In this document: piece after piece, positions 49,665 to 56,166 of the stretch | Layout of the letters: every line of letters begins with the position of its first letter | Numbering within the stretch: position 1 is the first letter of the stretch | NCBI GenBank assembly: GCA_050230475.1 | Contig: JBFLGF010000040.1 | Span: 62,001-118,166, forward strand | Length of the DNA stretch: 56,166 bases | Direction: 5' to 3' | From: Ancylonema sp. | Lineage: Eukaryota | Notes under the pieces: model-generated | What the model saw: only the letters and a program-made list of their open reading frames with translations | Database searches by the model: none | Told to the model about the DNA's origin: nothing | Made by a program: the position numbers and the translations under genes

Positions 49665-51687
49665 ATGATTTCCGCGTTACTTGTCGTATGCCTTCTGTTG
49701 CTGCCCTCTGTGTCAGGCTTTAGGTTTGTGGTAGACCGGGAGGAGTGTTTACAGCAGAAGGAGAAGGAGCACGAGAGAGTAGCGGGATCCTTCGTCGTCT
49801 TTGATTATGATAGTCCCTGGAGGGACTCGGGTACCTTCATTGACCTAGACGTAAGCACGAAACTTCATTTCAGAATTCGGGTACCCAAAATTTACATCAC
49901 TTCAAAATCTTACAGCATATGCAGAATATCATAAGTGTCTGAATGTGTTGGTTGGTTGGTTAGATGGTCTCCAGATCAGCGACCCTAGTGGAAACATCGT
50001 GTACTCGCGACACCAGAGCGCTGACGAGCGCTTCTCGTTCGTGGCGGAAGCGACGGGAACGTATCGGTTCTGCTTACGCAACAAAATGCCAGTGCCAGAA
50101 ACAGTGGAGTTCACTTTAGGAGAAACTGAAGAGGAGGAGGAGGAAGAGCCAGCTGAGTTGGCACAAGACAGTAAGAAACTCTGGAAACTCTTGAATCTAG
50201 AAATGAGAGTTGCATCGGTAAGGAGCTGACTGGCTGGACCGCACCTACCGCTATTTGATGTCATTTTTCACCAACCGGCGATTGATGACGTTTGGATCTG
50301 TTCCAAGCAAGCCTCTCTTTTTTTCTTGGTGCTGTCAGTGCTTGGTACTGCAGTATCTGCCAAACCAGCATATGGTCACCCCCAGTCGTATGTAGAGAAA
50401 TGGAAGTGGAGAGGGGTAGAGGGAACTGCAAGAGTCTGGCCCTTTTTCTCATCGGTTGCTGTGGTTGCTGTGCTGTTTTGGCAGACCATTTGCAGGACGT
50501 GCTGCACAGAGTGAGGAAGATTCGGACCCATTTGGGTACGGTGCAAATGGACCAGGTGTACTTCAAATCAAGAGAAGTCCGCAGGAGGAAGAGTAAGTGG
50601 GACTTGAAGTCCTGTTGGGAAGAGGGTGATTGTTTGCAGCAGGTTAAAGGGATTAGAGTTGGCAGCTCTGTTTTGCAAATCTGGTCCACACTTGTCTTAG
50701 AAGTTTTACGTGAGTTTGAAGGCGTCTGGTTGTTGGTGCAAGATTATATTATTCAAAACATTGTAGAGGTTTTTGTGTAATCTATCCGGTGTCACTTGTT
50801 TTGATCAAATATTTGAGATACGTAAGTAAGTAACCTATGAAGAAATTCCTACCTTTTATTTCATCAATCATAGTTCCACTTCTCTGACATATTAGATTAC
50901 TCATCACTGTTGTGAAATGAAAATAACACTATGTTTCTTTCAAAGAAAAACATTAAAATGCAATTCGACTCTAGCTTCTGAGTCTAAAAGTTCAGGTTGC
51001 AAAACCTCACAATATTTTGAATTTAACATTTCATTCCTATGCAGCCTATTAGGAGAGAGTATGAAGGTTTAGGTAAACTCGACTGTCAAAAGTGTTTAAT
51101 TCTTTTCGTTTTGTTTGTTTTTTTTTTGTTTTTTTGTTTTTCTTTTTTTTTGTCCGATTTGGTTTCTTGGTTTCTGGTTTTCTTTCCTCCTCTGGATGTA
51201 TATAATCATAACATGTGTTGAGGTCGCAATCAGAATCGTCAATAAACTGGGGGGGAAATCAAGATCCAACAAGTTCATCTATAAAAAGCAGTTGTAGTGA
51301 GCACGCCCAGGCGTAAGCATTGAACTAAATGTGTGTTTTGTGGACTACTAGTGTTATGGGTTACTTCACATGTGGTAGTTGTGCTATTCCAAGTGGAATT
51401 CTTGAAGTGCTTGGACGACTATCTTTTTTTCTTTGTTAGTCAAGAGAGACTTGTAGAATTATAAGGTAATCTGATTTTGCTAGGGGAGCTAATGAACCTT
51501 CTCTTTTTTAAAATATTAACTCCTTTTTGATGTAATTTTATGTGCAGCTAATGAGAGCACGAGCAAGCGTGTGTTGGTGTATGCGATTGTCGAGGCAGGA
51601 GTGTTGATAGGAGCAAGTGGATTACAAGTATTCATCCTTCGACGTTTGTTTGAGAGGAAGGGGGCGTACAATAGGAGGGGGCCGTAG
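49665..51687 (+). CDS. p24/emp24 (TMED, GOLD-domain) cargo receptor, beta-like, 4 exons
   Basis: Signal peptide then FRFVVDREECL, GSFVV, ISDPSGN, GTYRFCLRN, ETVEF, a coiled coil, and TNESTSKRVLVYAIVEAGVLIGASGLQVFILRRLFERK. Exons ~49665-49850, 49975-50170, 50485-50591, 51548-51687 with consistent phases. Confidence 0.92.
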
Positions 51688-51901
51688 TGTGAAAGAGTAG
51701 CATAGTGGTGGCAGTCGCAGTTTTTGTCTTGCACCACTTTCACGATTTGGTGAGGATTCTAGGGAGACAAAAGAGTAAACTTTTCGACACGTCCTTAAAA
51801 AGTGACAAAAAACAATTCGGGTTGAAAATTTGGTCATGTTATTCGCGGAGCTCTTGTCTCACAATTCTTCCAGAGAAGGTGCGCGCTCTTCAAATGATAT
51901 A

Positions 51902-52159
51902 CCGTACTCGGCATCGTAAATGATTTAGGATTCTAAAACGAATGAACTTATAAATTATTTTTCAAAAATTGATTTCGGGAATCCGGTGGTTCTTCTCGAT
52001 GATTTTGGCACTGATTTAAGGAAACCTACAAACCAAATTCGAAAAATAAAAAAAACGGAGTCAATATCAATGATTTTTGGCGAATGATTCTATGTCATAT
52101 AAATGATTGATTTCGGGTTTTAAGAACTAATTAGAAATCATTCACTCTGACTAGAACGG
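51902..52159. mobile_element. TA-flanked MITE, copy 2 (inverted relative to 3085-3355)
   Basis: TA-CCGTACTCGGCATCGTAAATGATTT ... AAATCATTCACTCTGACTAGAACGG-TA. Internal atataaatgattgatttcgggttt is the reverse complement of sequence in copy 1. Confidence 0.8.
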
Positions 52160-52376
52160 TAAAATAAATTTATAACTTGTTCTTAGATTATGGGTATAGT
52201 ATCACCTGTCTAAAGGAATACTATCGGGACCGGCTATAAATATTCCTTTAGACAAGTTATTCATTTAGAGAGTGATGGATCCTACCAATTCCGGTTTTTA
52301 GGACCAGGAATTTCTCTTCCTTTAGAGTGGTTATTCCTTTATACAATATTCCTTCAAACATGTTTGATTGTATTGG

Positions 52377-52628
52377 CATAGTTGCGTCCCGGATGCGAGG
52401 ATCTCGGACGCGTCCAAGAATTGTCCGGCCCCGAACGTGTCCGGATCCGAGATCCGAGATCCCCAGACCGTTCGGGACGCAACAAATATGCAAGAAAAAC
52501 AATCATTATGAGGTTACACACATGTGGGGGTTCCAAGTATATGGATATCAGTTCTTGGTTGTGGCGTCCACGCCAAGGACGCGTCCCGGACGTCCCGGAG
52601 ATCACCTGACGGTCCACGACGCAACTTA
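52377..52628. mobile_element. hAT-type MITE with GGACG/CGTCC subterminal repeats
   Basis: CATAGTTGCGTC ... GACGCAACT termini; flanks tgtattgg / gctattgg. Confidence 0.65.
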
Positions 52629-53374
52629 GCTATTGGAGCTTACCTTCTCTTGCATAACCCACATTTTAGGAGGAAAAACGGCAAACCAAATTTAGATTTG
52701 AAAGTGGCGAACGGTTGGGAATCTTTCGTGATGATGACGCCATTTTTTTTTGGGAGAGAAGCAATTTAACTAATTTGGGAAAATAGATTCTCAAATCAAA
52801 TGGCCCTGCCGTTGCTGGCACATGAGGTGGCTGCGTCACTCCTTCACTGACGAAAGAGTGATTCCCTAAACCGTTATGGGTATCTACGGTGGCGTCTCTA
52901 TCTTGAGCATTCAAAACACTGTAATATTGTGTGAGTTGCAATGCCCTCGTCTCGCCGGGCTAGGCGTCGGCCATTTTTTGGGTGTAATGTTCTTTGCCAC
53001 TTTTATGTGGAAAGTCTTAAGCTCTATATAAAGTATATGTTCATTGACTACGTGATGTGTTGCCGCGTGACGTTTTTTTTTTAGTATCGCAAGCAAACTG
53101 AGTCGTTCCGTCTTGCACCGGCCGTAGTCGATATCTCTGGTGTGTGGTTTGTTCTTCTTGATGTTACAACAACTTTGTCGCTCTATTGTTCCTCTACACG
53201 AATGTTAAATTTGTGAATATACTTGACCATATTGCACTCACCCATCCTCATGATAATTATATTTGAAGCTAATAATCGTTTTATGGAATCGTTGATGTTT
53301 TGAGCAAAAACTCGACATTTAAAGCTCGACCAATTAATTTTGGCCGGATCCGAGCCTTCTGAAGTACTTTGAAG

Positions 53375-53459
53375 CATAGTGAGTCCCCAAGGCGGAAAAT
53401 ATGCGCGCCAGCTCGGAGCCGGGCTCGCACAACCCGCGAGCGGAGCGGGACCCACTATG
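53375..53459. mobile_element. 85-bp hAT-type mini element
   Basis: TIR CATAGTGAGTCCC / GGGACCCACTATG; 8-bp flanks ctttgaag / ctaagaag. Confidence 0.6.
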
Positions 53460-54868
53460 CTAAGAAGGACCTTAGCACTGGTTTATAAATGGTTCAAGAT
53501 GTCCAAGACCTGGCTTCTATTGTTGTTAATCATGGTGGAGTCAAACCACATCTGGCAGGACAATGGGCGTTGCATGTTCACATGTTGGGGACGTAAAGTC
53601 TTGATGCAAGATTGTGTATGCTGATTTTGTCGTCTCAATCATATTTAGATTGCAATGCTATTTGAAGAAGTTTTTGCAACAACCCAATGCCACTAGTCAC
53701 TGGCCCCGTTCCGATCAGAAGATAGCCATCAGGTTCCGAATCGGATCGGAATGCCGGTCAATGACGAAAAACAAAATCTTATACCCGAAAGGTGACCAAG
53801 TGTAAAATAGAACGATATGTTTATTGGTACTTGCACTATTATGCTCGTTTTGCAAGGCGGTGGTACGATGTCATAATCAACTCTCTATTCACCTCCTTTG
53901 GCTAGAAACTTCTACCTTGTTGATCTATCTTATTTCATTTGGCACCGATCCGATTGAAAAAAAAACGAACCTGTAGTCGCCATTTGTATTTAAGCCAATA
54001 ACACATACGTTGATTGCATTAAGTCGCCTTTTTTTTTGCACTAGGCATGCAAAGCGTAGGTCTGATTGATGTTCTGCTTCCTTAGCTCTCTAAGTTGTAC
54101 TGAGTCTTTGAATTATGGGGAGATATAAAGTTGGTTCTCACTCACTAAGCCAACGTGTCCTCCTCCGAAAATCCGGGACAGTATTTGTTGCACATGCCCA
54201 TTAGAAATGTATGGGCAGCACGACACTCATTGAACCATGGTCGTGGATTTTACCGAACCCCCATAATACCGTTTTTGCTTCATGGCGTAGGGAGATCTTG
54301 AAAAGATGTCTACATAACAACAAATGTCGTTATAACATTATTTTTTCATTACACCTTCACAACGGTGCATCGCGATATATTACACAAAGACACACCACGT
54401 ACGGACATCCCACTCGTCTTACATGACTCCCCGTGTGATACATACAATGAGAGTCTCGAAAGGAGCACGATTTCAAGTCTCACTTCGCAAAAATGATTGC
54501 TTGGATGCTATGAAAGCATCCCTTGTTCAAACGCACTCAAGTGCCTCAATGCCTACCAGCAATGCCAGTTTTTGGGCGTTTGCATTTTTGAAAGGTGTCC
54601 CCTAAATGATTTCGATAAAAAAAATAGTGCCTCTACATGAAACATGAAATAAGAGTGGCATAAATTAAACAACGAGCTAAGTACACAATGAGCATCTCCC
54701 TATCCCATTTGATTGCACCCGGCCGCTCTTAGAAGTAATTTGGTTAGTGACTCCGACTTGAACCCCGTGGAAGACACATAAGAGGAAAGTTCAATCTTAG
54801 AAAATCTGGACGGAGATCCATTGTGTACCCAGTTCTACGAGTTTGGGCATCGATGACGAACGAGTTTC

Positions 54869-56042
54869 TTAGCTTCTGCCCCTCTTCTCAAACATTCTTC
54901 GAAGTAGAAAGACTTGTAGAAAGCTCGCTCCAATCAGGACTCCAGTTTCGAGGATGGTGTACCAAAACACCTTTGACTTCGTGTTCTCAGATACTGCAAG
55001 GCACACAATAGCATCAGGACACGCATTCAAGGCATCTAGTCTACCAATGGAACAAGCAAGAAGAGCGGGAATGACTCGTGTCTTGAAACAGTAGCAAGCC
55101 ATGGCTGCGTAAGAGTTGCAATCAGTAGAGCAACATACTCGAACTTTAGTTGGTCTCAGAACGATTATGTGCTTCTTTTTTGTTGGTCCTGTTTGAGTCA
55201 AAACTTACTCCTTCGTTTTCGTGCCTCCTTCGCCCTAAAGTAAGCCTGGTGTTGTTGAATCAGTTTCACATCGTCTGTTATGTGTTGCAAGAAAGAGGCA
55301 ACTTGCTCAAGGTGACCAGCGGCTGCTGGGTCTGCCTGTGTGAGTGAATGCCCGATCACGTAGCTGAAGTCAACGTTTTCACTCAGAGGCTCTTTGTTGA
55401 TGAAGCATATGCGATGTAGTCCTTCTGTTTGAGCAACAACTTGGAAGCTGTCTTCCACAGAGTCCAAGGTTTCATATACCTTCATGCCTCCTGGAGAAAA
55501 CACCTGTGAACCGAGAAATTACAGTCTGTACGTCACAATACAGAATCTATCAATAATATATGGTCTCTATATCGTGCAATTCTGTGCATGCGAATTTGAC
55601 ATGAGGGCTCTGAAATAAGGACGTAGTTTCGTTGTTCTCACACACGCAACACTGTTGGCCCTTCAGGGTCCAATCGGAGTATCTGCAGCTGCATAATACT
55701 GTTCTGCCATGTTTCTTGCTTGCCAGTTTCCAATACTGCGTAGATGAGTTCGGATTTTTCAAAGCAAGTGACAAGCTGCCTGTATCGTTCTGTTTCCGGC
55801 ATACGATTTGTCAAGCTCGGAACTTCTTATACCTGAAAGTCTAATTCTGCCGAATCGTCACGCCATTCACTTCCACCATCGACGACGACGAAACTTCCTG
55901 TCAGCACCTCGCTCATTTCCAACCGCAAGCGAAGGCACTCTTCCTTGTTCACCACGATAGTGATACTACTTACTAGAGGGAAAAACAAGAAGAGCACGAA
56001 AATGGAAATATAGATTACTGCAAATTTTATACGGTTCCTCAT
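54869..56042 (-). CDS. Second p24/emp24 (TMED, GOLD-domain) protein, beta-like, 3 exons
   Basis: Signal peptide then ITIVVNKEECL, GSFVVVD, VFSPGG, GLHRICFIN, ENVDF, a coiled coil, and SENTKSKVFWYTILETGVLIGASFLQVFLLRRMFEKRGRS ending in TAG. Confidence 0.92.
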
Positions 56043-56166
56043 ACACCTACGGATGGTATTCAGGAACAAAAATCATCGACTAGCGCGTGGAAGAGCAGCA
56101 GACTGATAGCGCATGTATGGAATATGGCGTCCGATGGAGCAAAGGTTGGACACCGCTTCCGTCGCA

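Noticed and set aside
53696..53765. Imperfect hairpin as a miRNA precursor
   Set aside because: The arms are short and mismatched with ccgatc/gatcgg repeats; a collapsed MITE remnant is more likely and nothing else supports it.
1..56166. CRISPR array, Fanzor/TnpB, or other prokaryote-type system
   Set aside because: No regularly spaced repeat-spacer array and no RuvC-like or cas-like ORF was seen; the gene structure is spliceosomal eukaryotic.

Overview
This is eukaryotic nuclear DNA, most consistent with a green plant or streptophyte alga: short spliceosomal introns, plant-type tRNA-Ala genes and plant-like proteins. The organism cannot be identified from sequence alone. Six spliced host genes were reconstructed by hand: an EEF1AKMT4/METTL13-like methyltransferase (-), an atypical MscS-family channel (-), a DUF726/TMCO4-like hydrolase (-), a MAGL/CSE-like esterase (+), and two convergent p24/GOLD paralogs. 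There are also two tRNA-Ala genes. Intergenic DNA is packed with nested transposons: a decayed gag-like retroelement running off the left edge, a full-length Ty1/copia inside a hAT-type MITE, a Mutator element inside a Tourist-like MITE, a second non-autonomous MULE and several MITE families. I found no CRISPR array or prokaryotic-type system. The best candidate for something undescribed is a ~560 bp hairpin-rich cassette with a tRNA T-arm/B-box that replaces the core of the MULE transposase; it has a mosaic junction copied from nearby sequence and a diverged partial second copy at ~11.7 kb. The next best is a gag frame carrying a triplicated ~36-aa module. All calls are by eye; no searches were run.
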